A stretch of DNA of 63,189 nucleotides, counting the filler, from Chiloscyllium plagiosum (taxonomy: Eukaryota), in assembly GCF_004010195.1 (NCBI RefSeq). It is 3 parts of one record of this genome, joined end to end, with 100 filler letters (N's around TTAATTAATTAA, not from the genome) between each part and the next. Parts side by side here need not be neighbours in the genome. Positions count along the whole stretch, not along the records: positions 1 to 26,735 come from NC_057714.1; positions 26,836 to 53,246 come from NC_057714.1; 1 more part is not named here. One strand, written 5' to 3'. Shown piece after piece: positions 26,067 through 37,537 of the stretch. A program made the position numbers and the translations under genes. The notes below the pieces were generated by a model. It was not told the DNA's origin. It made no database searches and was given only the letters and a program-made list of their open reading frames with translations. Each line of letters opens with the position of its first letter. Position 1 is the first letter of the stretch.

Positions 26067-26735
26067 AATAGACAATAGACAATAGGTGCAGCAGTAGGCC
26101 ATTCAGCCCTTTGAGTCTGCACCACCATTCAACATGATCATGGCTGATCATTCCTAATCAGTATCCTCTTCCTGCCTTATCTCCATAACCCTCGATTCCA
26201 CTATCTTTGAGAGCTCTATCCAACTCTTTCTTAAATGAATCCAGATTCTAGGCCTCCACTGCCCTCTGGGGCAGAGCATTCCACACAGCCACCACTCTGT
26301 GGGTGAAGAAGTTTCTCCTCATCTCTGTCCTAAATGGTCTACCCCGTATTTTTAAGCTGTGTCCTCTGGTTCGGCACTCACCCATCAGCGGAAACATGTT
26401 TCCTGCCTCCAGAGTGTCCAATCCTTTAATAATCTTATATGTCTCAATCAGATCCCCTCTCAATCTTCTAAACTGAGGGCATACAAGCCAAGTCGCTCCA
26501 ATCTTTCAGCATAAGGTAGTCCCGCCATTCCAGTAATTGACCTCGTGAACCTACGCTGCACTCCCTCAATAGCCAGAATGTCTTTCCTCAAATTTGGAGA
26601 CCAGAACTGCACACAGTACTCCAGGTGTGGTCTCACCAGGGCCCTGTACAACTGCAGAAGAACCTCTTTGCTTCTATACTCAATACCTCTTGTTATGAAG
26701 GCCAGCATGCTATTAGCCGCCTTCACTACCTGCTG
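26067..26735 (-). mobile_element. CR1 3' fragment (attgtct tail), cut by a scaffold gap
   Basis: ORFs RPHLEYCVQFWSPNLRKD and FFTHRVVAVWNALP. Confidence 0.92.
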
Positions 26736-26835
26736 NNNNNNNNNNNNNNNNNNNNNNNNNNNNNNNNNNNNNNNNNNNNTTAATTAATTAANNNNNNNNN
26801 NNNNNNNNNNNNNNNNNNNNNNNNNNNNNNNNNNN
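26736..26835. other. Artificial 100-bp scaffold spacer (N44-TTAATTAATTAA-N44)
   Basis: Identical construction at 53247-53346; the 12-mer has stops in all six frames. Confidence 0.95.
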
Positions 26836-27144
26836 CCCTATTCTCTTCCTAGTTACCCTTTTGTCCTTAATGTATTTGTAAAAACCCTTTGGATTCTTCT
26901 TAACTCTATTTGCCAAAGCTACCTCATGCCCCTTTTTTCCCTCCTGATTTCCCTCTTAAGTATACTCCTACTTCCTTTATACTCATCTAAGGATTCACTC
27001 GATCTATCCTGTCTATATCTGAAATATGCTTCCTTCTTTTTCTTAACCAAGCCCTCAATTTCTTTATTCATCCAGCATTCCCTCCATCTATCAGCCTTAT
27101 TTTCTTATGGTCAGCTCCTGGTTTTAAGGAGTGTCTTAAAGAAA

Positions 27145-27279
27145 AAAAGCCCTTCCTGAGGAAGGGCTTATGCCCGAAATGTCGATTCTCCTGCTCCTTG
27201 GATGCTGCCTGACCTGCTGCGCTTTTTCAGCAACACATTTTCAGCTCTGATCTCCAGCATCTGCAGTCCTCACTTTCTC
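27145..27279 (+). mobile_element. Penelope-derived short element with 10-bp TSD, inserted in an L2-like remnant
   Basis: cctgaggaagggcttatgcccgaaatgtcga; cttaaagaaa on both flanks. Confidence 0.75.
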
Positions 27280-27599
27280 CTTAAAGAAAGAAAGAATGGT
27301 TGAAAGGCAGGGAGGTGTCAAGAGTTACTTTCAAGACTGTAAAGTTCTGGCAACTGAAGAAAAGGCTGACAGAGGTAGAGAAATGAAAATTGAGAATATG
27401 CAGGAGGTCCAAATCAAAGCAGTGTGGAGATCTCTGGACGTTGCGTGGCTGGAGGAGATTAAGAGATAGATGGAGCTGTGGAGAGATTTGGAAATACGTT
27501 TGCAGGTCCTGGAGTGGGGTGGGGGGAGAGGGGTGGTGGGGAGACATGATGCAGGGGAGCAAGTACATGAGCCTCAAAGTGTTAGCCTGCAAGTGATTA

Positions 27600-28370
27600 C
27601 GATGGCTAAGTGAATGCCATATTTTATTACGAGAGGAACTGAGTATATGGTTCAGTTGTACAGGACACTGGTGAGATTGCATCTCAGATATTGTGTGCAG
27701 TTTGGGTCTCCTTATTGAAGGAAGGGTGTAAATGAAGTTGGGGCGGTTCAGAGGAGATTGATACCTGGGAAATGGGAGACTTGTCTCGGAGGAAAGGTTG
27801 GACAGACTGGGCTTGTTTACCATTGGAGTTTAGCAAAGTTAGAAGTGATTTGATTGAAATGTATAAGATCCTAAATTATCTTTACAAAGCACATGTGGAA
27901 TTATCTTTACAAAGCACATGTGGAATTATCTTTACAAAGCACATGTGGAAAGCATATTTCCCATTGTGGGTCAGTTCAGAATGAGGGGACACTAGTTCAA
28001 AATTCAGAATTGCTGTTTCAGGGCACTAATGAGAAGATTATTTTGTCTGAGAGAACTGTGTGACATTGGAACTCTCTGGGTCAGACGGCAATGGAGGTGA
28101 ATTCATTGATTGGTTTTAGGACTAAGTAGATAGCTTCTTATCAATCAAAGGAATCGAAGGTTATCGGGGGTCGGTGGAATATGGGCCGGGTGCTGGCAGG
28201 TGGGACTAGATTGGGTTGGGATATCTGGTCGACATGGACGAGTTGGACCGAAGGGTTTGTTCCCATGCTGTACATCTCTATGACTCTATGACTGTATATC
28301 AGCTCCGATCTTATTGAATGGCACAGCAAGCTTGAAGGGCTGAATGGCCTACTTGTGTTCCTGATTTGTA
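27600..28370 (+). mobile_element. Old CR1 3' fragment with a nested younger CR1 tail (~28176-28293)
   Basis: Degenerate YCVQF/DLIEMYKI motifs; nested ctctatgactctatg tail. Confidence 0.8.
27874..27948 (+). repeat. Perfect 25-bp tandem triplication
   Basis: aattatctttacaaagcacatgtgg three times. Confidence 0.95.
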
Positions 28371-28389
28371 TGTTCAGGAAGTAAACAAG

Positions 28390-28570
28390 ATCAATGAATA
28401 AACTGGCCTTGGCTGAAGTGAGGATGCAGTCAGCATCGTTTGGATGAACTGAAGCTGATTGGATGTGAGAGACCAGCCTGAGTGCATGGGAATTGTCCAA
28501 CCTTGAGGTGACAACAGCGTGGATGAAGGTTTCAGCAGCGATTGTACTGAGGCTGGAAGGAGAGAAATGC
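28390..28570 (-). mobile_element. L2-type LINE RT C-terminal remnant
   Basis: AETFIHAVVTSRLDNSHAL resembles L2 AETLIHAFVTSRLDYSNAL. Confidence 0.7.
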
Positions 28571-29271
28571 TTCCATCTCGCTGAATTAGTCAACAAGCAA
28601 AAAGGTCCGAATGGAATGAAGTGTCCAGATTCAATCGACTGAGACCCACTGTTAGCAGCGTTCGCTGTTCCTCTATTGGGTGACAAATTGACAGGAAGCT
28701 AAAAAGGTCCAACTTCAATCGGTCATTTTGTGCAGAATTCAGTGAAATGGATCAAAAAGAGAAAGCAGTTTGCAAGAGCACAGAGATGAGACATGACACA
28801 TTCACTGGGAGTCTGTAGCACTGGATGCAGAGTCAAGTGTTGATCGGAAGAACTTAGAATCTTTAGGAGGAAAAGTAATAGCCAGCAGTGAGCAGCTATT
28901 GATCAGCAGCATGAGGAGTTAATCCCAGGGGGTTTGTGAAGAGACATGAAAAGAAGATGATCACGGGACTTTGGAGAAGGGGCAAAGGTTTGGGAGCAAG
29001 GCTGTACCAACGAGCCAGTGCAGGTACATTACACCGGCTGCTGCTGCTGTAGCTCTGCATAGCTGGGTTTACATGAAGGACTGTACACGGTTTTCTTTAA
29101 TGTTATCCCCTCGCTGGCACGCAAGGTACTCTGAATGGGTTCTTTAATGTTTCAGAAAGGAAATACAATTGAAACCAGCATGACACAACCATGTTTTGTG
29201 ATTTGGTGACGTGGTGACGTCACTGGAGGCAAATCCAGTGATTTATGGGAGGATGCAGACGGTAAGATGAT

Positions 29272-29630
29272 GAGACATAGGAGCAGAAGGAGGCCATTCA
29301 GCGCATTGAGTCTGCTGTGCCATTTCTGCATCAACCCTGCCATGTTCCTTAAGAATTTGATACATTTCAGTCAGGTTTGCTCTCATTCTTCCAAATTCAA
29401 ATGAGCAGAAGCCCAACCTACTCAATCTCTCCTCATAAACTGTCCCTCTATACCTGATAGGGCCCTTGCCAACCTTCTCTGATCTGTCTCCAATGACACT
29501 ATACCTTTCCTTAAATAAGAGACTAAAACTGTTTCTGCTCTGCTCTGATTAATGCCTATATAATTTTAGCAAAACCTCCCTATTTTATACTCCATTCCCT
29601 TTGAAATAAAGACCGACGCTCCACTTGCCT
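29272..29630 (-). mobile_element. Deleted CR1 3' fragment
   Basis: FGRMRANLTEMYQIL; acataggagcagaag tail. Confidence 0.7.
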
Positions 29631-29724
29631 TTCTTTTTCATTCAGGACAGGACAGGCTGTCAGTAACCATTATAAGGTTTCTTGGTATCACTCAAACCAT
29701 GTGTTTACGTGCAGTGAGCAAGAA

Positions 29725-29922
29725 TCGAAAGCGCTGCAGATGCTGTAAATCCAAAACCAAAAACAGAAATCGCTGGAAAAGCTCAGCAGGTCTGGCAGCA
29801 TCTGTGGCAAGAAATCAGAATTGACTCTTCTAAGGGTCACTCCACCTGAAACATTAACTCTGATTTCTTGCCACAAATGCTGCCAGACCTGCTGAGCTTT
29901 TCCAACAATTGCTGTTTTTGTT
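29725..29922. mobile_element. Penelope-derived inverted-repeat element
   Basis: ggaaaagctcagcaggtctggcagcat / atgctgccagacctgctgagcttttcc arms. Related copies at ~1560-1690, 6960-7057 and 32690-32875. Confidence 0.8.
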
Positions 29923-30535
29923 GAAGGGCAGTGTTTGTTTACAAGTCCTTTTCTGGTAAATCTGGAAGAAAATGCTAGTCCAATGACAACTGTGTAAGCT
30001 GTTAATTGTAAAAACTAATGTCCTTTAGGGAAGGAAATCTGCCGTCCTTACCTGGTCTGGCCTATATACAGGATGAAAATTTCTGGGCTGAAATCCTGCT
30101 GTGAGGTAGTAACAAACTCACAAATGAAGCCATTTAAGAATTCACCTTTGACAGTATTTAGCCAAGCCTTATATCATGCGTTACGAGACATCACGGCATG
30201 GAAGTCCACCTTGTAGAAAGTAGAATTGCAGGGAATGAATTTAACTGTCTGTTGGACAGGGAGGAATCTTCACATTTTAAAAGATAATGGATAGTTTTGC
30301 ATTATCTTAATCCATTCCTTTCAATGACAGGATTCACTGAGATTGAACATAGCACAAAAAGGATTCTCTCTCTCTCTCTCTCCATCCCTTCCTCCCTAAT
30401 TAACCAAGACATTTTACAAAACCAGAAAAAAGGGTTTATATTGCCCATTCTGAGAAGGTGGTGATTATCGAATTCTCCTGTAACATTGCTTGACACAGAA
30501 TTACCGCTTTCCGATTGGATTACTATGTAATGTAG

Positions 30536-30925
30536 GGTTTGGTATGCTTTCTTTTATTGAGCAGAGTATTGAGTACAGGAGTTGGGAGGTCATGTTGCGG
30601 CTGTACAGGACATTGGTTAGGCCACTGTTGGAATATTGTGTGCAATTCTGGTCTCCTTCCTATCGGAAAGATGTTGTGAAACTTGAAAGTTTTTCACACA
30701 GAGGGTGGAACATGTATGGAATGAGCTGCCAGAGGAAGTGATGGAGGCTGGTACAATTGCAACATTTAAGAGGCATTTGGGTGGGTATATGAATAGGAAG
30801 GGTTTGGAGGGATATGGGTCGGGTGCTGGCAGGTGGGACTAGATTGGGTTGGGATATCTGGTTGGCATGGACGGGTTGGACCGAAGGGTCTGTTTCCATG
30901 GTGTACATCTCTATGACTCTATGAC
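30536..30925 (+). mobile_element. CR1 3' fragment with an internal deletion
   Basis: RPLLEYCVQFWSPSYRKDVVKLE joined directly to tttttcacacagagg; ctctatgactctatga tail. Confidence 0.9.
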
Positions 30926-31339
30926 TCAACAATTTCAAACAGATAAATTGCTATCTTGCAGTTACGAAGTTTCCTACGTACACATCCTCAGTCTAACATG
31001 CTGCTCTCTGGACTCCTCATGGCCACTGGTGTCTTCCTGCTCCTTGGCTCATGAAGAGAGCAGTAACACAAGACTGATGGGCTCCATTCCCTCCAATTGA
31101 TTTTACTTCTGCGTGGACATCTGAGGCCTTTGCACAGCAGTCACTTCCAGAACCAGACCCTAGCACTGGGCTGCTGATTACCTTGCGCCGACCCTTAGAA
31201 CGTTGGCTTTGGAGCTTAGAGGGAACATTAGCAATGAGCTGCCATCTTTAACCATACAATGGAGGTTCTCCTCACTGTGCTGTTAGTGAGGGAGCTCCAG
31301 GATTTTCACTCAGCAACAATGAAGGAACAGGAGTATATG

Positions 31340-31672
31340 TTCACTGGTCTGGTAATCCAGGAGCCCAGGCTACTGTTCTGGGGACATATGTTCGAATCCC
31401 ACTGTGGCAGAGGGTGAAATGTGAATTCAATTTTTAAAATTTGCTATAAAGTGCTGGTCTAATGACGACAGTGTAACCTGTTAATTGTTGGAAAAACCCA
31501 TCTGGGGTTCACTAATGTCCTTTAGGGCAGAAAACTGCCATCCTTACCTGGTCTGGCCTACATGTGACTCCAGACCCACAGAAACGTGGTTGACTCTTAA
31601 TTTCCTTAAGGGATGGACAATAAATGCTGGCCTAGCCAGTGACACCCTCATCCCGTAAATGAATAAAATAAA
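31340..31672 (+). mobile_element. tRNA-derived SINE
   Basis: gttcgaatccc B-box, tccttacctggtctggcctacatgtgactccagacc core, gaataaaataaa tail. Confidence 0.8.
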
Positions 31673-31674
31673 TC

Positions 31675-32120
31675 AGCACGGAAACACAATCTTCTGTCCC
31701 ACCTGTTCATGCCGACCATAGTCCCAGACTAAACTGACCTCACCTGCTTGCAAACGGCCCATATCCCTCCAAACCTTTCCTTTTCATAAACGTATTCAAA
31801 TGCCTTTTAAATATTGTAACTGTACACACATCCACCACTTCCTCTGGCAGTTCATTCCACACACAGCCCACTCTCTGTGTAAGAAAGCTTCCCCGCATGT
31901 CCTTTTTAAAACATGTTCCTCTCACCTTAAAAATATGCCCCCCAGTTTTGAACTCCCCCTTCCTGGGGAAAAGACCCTTGTCATACACCTTGTCTATGCC
32001 CCTCCTGATTTTATAAACCCCAATGAGGTCATCAGTCAACCTCCTACACTCCAGGGGAGCAAGTCTCAGTCTATTTTTATATCTCAAACTCTCCATTCCT
32101 GGTAACATCCTGGTAAATCC
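31675..32120 (-). mobile_element. CR1 3' fragment
   Basis: ORF FTRMLPGME...FLTQRVGCVWNELPEEVV. Confidence 0.88.
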
Positions 32121-35100
32121 TACTGGAATATCGGACTGCTGTCTCATTAGACAGAGGCAGCTGGTGGTGGTTTAACCAGAGGGTCACTGTGTCTCAGGCA
32201 AGGGGAGAGATTGAGAATGAGACTCCTCAGCGGAATGGGGACTGGATATTTGTGGATGCTTGTCCTGCCAGTGGGGAACGGACCAGTTACTTGAGTCTTG
32301 TGTCCAGTATAGAAGCTTGCCCGCCATTGTAGAGACCCTGCTACGGTGCAATATCTCAGTGGAAAGGGCAGGAAAATGGATGTGAGGCATGTCGGACCAG
32401 CCATGATCCTATTGAATGGTGCAGCAGGCTCGAGGGGCTGAGTGGCCTCCTGCTTATGGTTTTCAAGTCACGTGGTGTGCAGAATCTGTTCCGTCTCTTA
32501 CTTGTATCCATGGAACCCAATCTGTTTGCACTTCCAAACGTTGGCTGATTATCTGCAGCACTGGGAATTCCTGCTGGAGACTCCTTGCCGCTTGCTAAAT
32601 GGCAATCTGTTCATACCACGATTGTTCACTTGAAGGAGGCAGTTGAAGAAGGATTCAGCACAGTGCATGTCCGCAATTGCCAGGAAAGTAAAACAAAGAG
32701 CTGCAGATGCTGGAAATCCGAAAAGCAACCAGACATCACTAGTGTAACCCAGCAATCTGTGGGGAGAGAGAGAGAGAGTTAATGTATTAGATCCAGTGAC
32801 TGAATGAAAATGTTAACTCGGCTTTGTCTCCATGGATGCTGCCAGACCCGCTGGGTTTCACCAGTGATTTCTGTTAACATGTTCATAAAAGCCAGCTCCG
32901 ATTATGTCCAAAGAAGAGGTCTTGCCACTTGCAGTCCCTTTTCATGACGAAGGACACAATGAACTCAATGACTTATTTCTTTCTCCCAATAACCATGAAT
33001 GTAAAGTTTTTTTTTTCAATTGTGTGCTTTGCAAAGATCTTACAGGTCATTGGATCAGACTGAAATGTGCCCAAGGGTCACAAGTTTGTGTACGTGGGTG
33101 TCTTAGTCAATATTCCCAGTACGGGCCTGAGGGATTGCTGCACTGTCAGAGGGACTGGGGGAGTGCTGCAGTGAGGCACTGAGGGAATGCTGCAATGTCA
33201 GATGGACTGAGTGAGTGCTGCACTGTCAGAGGGACTGAGGGAGTGCTGCACTGAGGCACTGAGGGAGTGCTGCACTGAGGCACTGAGAGACAGAAGGAGT
33301 GCAGCACTGTCAGAGACACTGAGGGAGTGCTGCACTGAGGCACTGAGGGAGTGCTGCACTGAGGCACTGAGAGACAGAAGGAGTGCAGCACTGTCAGAGA
33401 CACTGAGGGAGTGCTGCACTGAGGCACTCAGGGAGTCCTGCACTGAGGCACTGAGGGAGTGCTGCACTGAGGCACTGAGGGAGTGCTGCAATGTCAGATG
33501 GACTGAGGGAGTGCTGCACTGTCAAAGGCACTGAGGGACAGAGGGAGTGCAGCACTGTCAGAGACACTGAGGGAGTGCTGCACTGTCAGAGGCACTGAGG
33601 GAGTGCTGCACTGAGGCACTGAGGGAGTGCTGCACTGAGGCACTGAGGGACTGCTGCATGGTCAGAGGGACTGAGGAAGTGCTGCACTGTCAGAGGCACT
33701 AAGGGAGTGCTGCACTGTCAGAGGCACTGAGGGACAGAGGGAGTGCTGCACTGTCAGAGGGACTGAGGGACTGCTGCACTGATATACTGAGAGAGTGCTG
33801 CACTGAGGCACTGAGGGAGTGCTGCACTGAGGCACTGAGGGAGTGCTGCACTGAGGCACTAAGGCGTGCTGCACTGTCAGAGGGACTGAGGGAGTGCTGC
33901 ACTGTCAGAGCATTGAGGGGGTGGTACACTGAGGCAGTGCTGCACTGTCAGAGGCACTGAGGGAGTGCTGCACTGAGGCACTGAGGGAGTGCTGCACTGT
34001 CAGAGGGACTGTGGGAGTGCTTCAAAGTCAGTGGGACTGAGGGAGTGCTGCACTGTCAGAGGTCTGAGGGAGTGCTGCACTGTCAGAGGGACTGAGGGAG
34101 TGCTGCACTGAGGCACTGAGGGAGTGCTGCACTGTCAGAGGCAGTGTGTGAGAGCTGCACTGAGGCAAAGAGGAAGTGCTGCACTGTCAGTGGGACTGAG
34201 GGAGTGCTTTACTGTCAGAGGGACTGAAGGAGTGCTGCACTGAGGCAAACAGGGTGTGCTTCACTGTCAGAGGGACTGAGGGAGCGCTCACTGAGGCACT
34301 GAGGGAGTGCTTCACTGTCAGAGGGACTGAAGGAGTGCTACACTGTCAGAGGCACTGAGGGAGTGCTGCACTGAGGCACTGAGGGAGTGCTGCACTGTCA
34401 GAGGTTCTGAGGGAGTGCTGCACTGTCTGAGGCACTGAAGGAGTGCTGCACTGAGGCACTGTGGGAGTGCTGCACTATCAGAGGGTCTGAGGGAGTGCAG
34501 CACTGTCAGAGGCACTGAGTGAGTGCTGCACTGTCAGAGGCACTGAGGGAGTGCTGTACTGAGGCACTGATGGAGTGCAGCACTGTCAGAGGTTCTGAGG
34601 GAGTGCTGCACTGTCAGAGGGACTGAGGGTGTGCTGCACTGTCAGAGGGACTGAGGGAGTGCTGCACTGTCAGAAGGATTCAGGCAGTGCTGCACTGAGG
34701 CACTGAGGGACTGTGGGAGTGCTACACTATCAGTGGTTCTGAGGGAGTGCAGCACTGTCAGAGGCACTGAGTGAGTGCTGCACTGAGGCACTGCGGGAGT
34801 GCTGCAATGTCAAAGGCACTGAGGGAGTGCTGCACTGAGGCACTGCGGGTGTGCTGAGGGACAGAGGGACTACAGCACTGTCAGAGGGACTGAGGGTCTG
34901 ACGGAGTAGTCCACTGTCAGAGGCACTGAGGGAGTGCTGCACTGTCTGAGGCACTGAGGGAGTGCTGCCCTGGGGCACTGAGGGAGTGCTGCACTGTCAG
35001 AAGGACTGACGGAGTGCTGCACTGTCAGAGGGACTGAGGGAGTGCTGCACTGTCAGAGCACTGAGGGGGTGCTGCACTGTCTGAGGCACTGAGGGAGTGC

Positions 35101-35244
35101 TGCACTGTCAGAGGCACTCAAGGAGTGCTGCACTGGGGCACTGAGGGATTGCTGCACTAACAGAGGCACTGAGGCACTGAGGGACAGAGGGAGTGCAGCA
35201 CTGTCAGAGGGACTGAGGGAGTGGTGCAGTGAGGGTCTGACGGA

Positions 35245-35813
35245 CTATTTCCGAGCTGTATGACTGTGTGCCTCTTTGATACCCACCTCTCTCCCAACTG
35301 AGTAGGGGAGCTGGTCCATTGATGCCATGGAAATGCTGGCACCTGCTGAACCTGGGCCCAAGGGAAGCACCAAATGTATCAATGGGCTGCTGGTTTCCAT
35401 GGGAACCTACCTTGTGGAAGGGGAGGGACTGTGTTGGAGATCCACGTTAGCCATCCAATTTAGCCCACCCTCTGTCTGCTTCCCCCTGTACTCCAAACCA
35501 CCTTCAACTCCACAGCATTCTGCCCACTGTGTTTGAGAGAAAATGTTGGTCCGGCTGCCTTTTAGTATGCGTGGGTGAGGAAAGAGAGCTCATCAAACAC
35601 AGCGTGTACCATTTGCTTTAAAAAGAACTAGCACTGCCTTTCTTTTAGACCAATGTAGGTTTTGTTTCCTTTCGCAGAATGTGTGGGCCTCAGGCTGCCC
35701 AGAGCACCCCATTTGTATTCACGCTCATTTGCCTGTCACATGCAGAAAAGACTTACAAGGATGTTGCCAGGCCTGGAGGGTTAGAGCTATGGGGAGAAGT
35801 TGAACAGGCTGGA
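35245..35813 (+). repeat. 569-bp duplicated cassette, copy 1
   Basis: ctatttccgagc...aacaggctgga; near-identical to 36969-37537 and 44422-44990. Confidence 0.95.
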
Positions 35814-35815
35814 CC

Positions 35816-35937
35816 AAGTTTTTTTTTTCAATTGTGTGCTTTGCAAAGATCTTACAGGTCATTGGACCAGACTGAAATGTGCCCAAGGATCACAAGTTTG
35901 TGTACGTGGGTGTCTTAGTCAATATTCCCAGTGCGGG
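35816..35937 (+). repeat. Duplicate of the satellite's left flank (33004-33126)
   Basis: aagttttttttttcaattgtgtgctttgcaaagatcttacagg...cccagt(a/g)cgggc occurs at both sites. Confidence 0.93.
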
Positions 35938-36968
35938 CCTGAGGGATTGCTGCACTGTCAGAGGGACTGGGGGAGTGCTGCAGTGAGGCACTGAGGGAAT
36001 GCTGCAATGTCAGATGGACTGAGTGAGTGCTGCACTGTCAGAGGGACTGAGGGAGTGCTGCACTGAGGCACTCAGGGAGTCCTGCACTGAGGCACTGAGG
36101 GAGTGCTGCACTGTCAGAGGCACTGAGGGAGTACTACACTGCCAGAGGCACTGAGGGAGTGCAGCACTATCAGAGGGACAGAGGGAGTGCTGCACGGTTA
36201 GAGGGACTGAGGAAGTGCTGCACCGTCAGAGGCACTGAGGGAGTGCTGCACTGTCAGATGCACTGAGGGAGTGCTGCACTGTCAGATGCACTGAGGGAGT
36301 GCTGCACTGAGGCACTGAGGGAGTGCTGCACTGTCAGAGGCACTGAGGGTGTGCTGCACTGAGGCAATGAGTGAATGCTGCACTGTCAGAGACAGTGAGG
36401 GCATGCTGCACTGACAAAGAGACTGAGGGAGTGCTGCACTGAGGCACTGAGGGAGTGCTGCCCTGTCAGAGGCACTGAGGGAGTGCAGCACTGTCAGAGG
36501 GACTGAGGGGATGATACACTGTCAGAGGCACTGAGGGAGTTCTGCATTGTCAGAGGCACTGCGGGACTGCTGCTCTGACTGAGGGACTGAGGAAGTGCTG
36601 CACTGTCAGAACACTGAGGGGGTGCTGCAATGTTAGAGGCACTGAGGGAGTGCTGCACTGTCAGAGGGACTGAGGGACTGCTGCACTGATATACTGAGAA
36701 AGTGCTGCACTGAGGCACTGAGGGAGTGCTGCACTGAGGCACTGAGGGAGTGCTGCACTGTCAGAGAGACTGAGGGAGTGCTGCACTGTCAGAGCACTGA
36801 GGGGGTGGTACACTGAGGCAGTGCTGCACTGTCAGAGGCACTCAAGGAGTTCTGCACTGGGACACTGAGGGAGTGCTGCACTAACAGAGGCACTGAGGCA
36901 CTGAGGGACAGAGGGAGCGCAGCACTGTCAGAGGGACTGAGGGAGTGCTGCACTGAGGGTCTGACGGA

Positions 36969-37537
36969 CTATTTCCGAGCTGTATGACTGTGTGCCTCTT
37001 TGATACCCCCCTCTATCCCAACTGAGCAGGGGAGCTGGTCCATTGATGCCATGGAAATGCTGGCACCTGCTGAACCTGGGCCCAAGGGAAGCACCAAATG
37101 TATCAATGGGCTGCTGGTTTCCATGGGAACCTGCCTTGTGGAAGGGGAGGGACTGTGTTGGAGATCCACGTTAGCCATCCAATTTGGCCCACCCTCTTTC
37201 TGCTTCCCCCTGTACTCCAAACCCCCTTCAACTCCACAGCATTCTGCCCACTGTGTTTGAGAAAAAATGTTGGTCCGGCTGCCCTTTAGTATGCGTGGGT
37301 GAGGAAAGAGAGCTCATCAAACACAGCGTGTACCATTTGCTTTAAAAAGGACTAGCACAGCCTTTCTTTTAGACCAATGTAGGTTTTGTTTCCTTTCGCA
37401 GAATGTGTGGGCCTCAGGCTGCCCAGAGCACCCCATTTGTATTCACGCTCATTTGCCTGTCACATGCAGAAAAGACTTACAAGGATGTTGCCAGGCCTGG
37501 AGGGTTAGAGCTATAGGGAGAAGTTGAACAGGCTGGA
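36969..37537 (+). repeat. 569-bp duplicated cassette, copy 2
   Basis: Same start and end nucleotides as copy 1. Confidence 0.95.

Noticed and set aside
26780..26791. TTAATTAATTAA palindrome (also 53291-53302) as a biological site
   Set aside because: Centred in identical N44 flanks; an assembly linker.
35327..35536. Triplicated 69-100-aa ORFs in the cassette as a novel gene
   Set aside because: Frames differ between copies and there is no recognisable domain.
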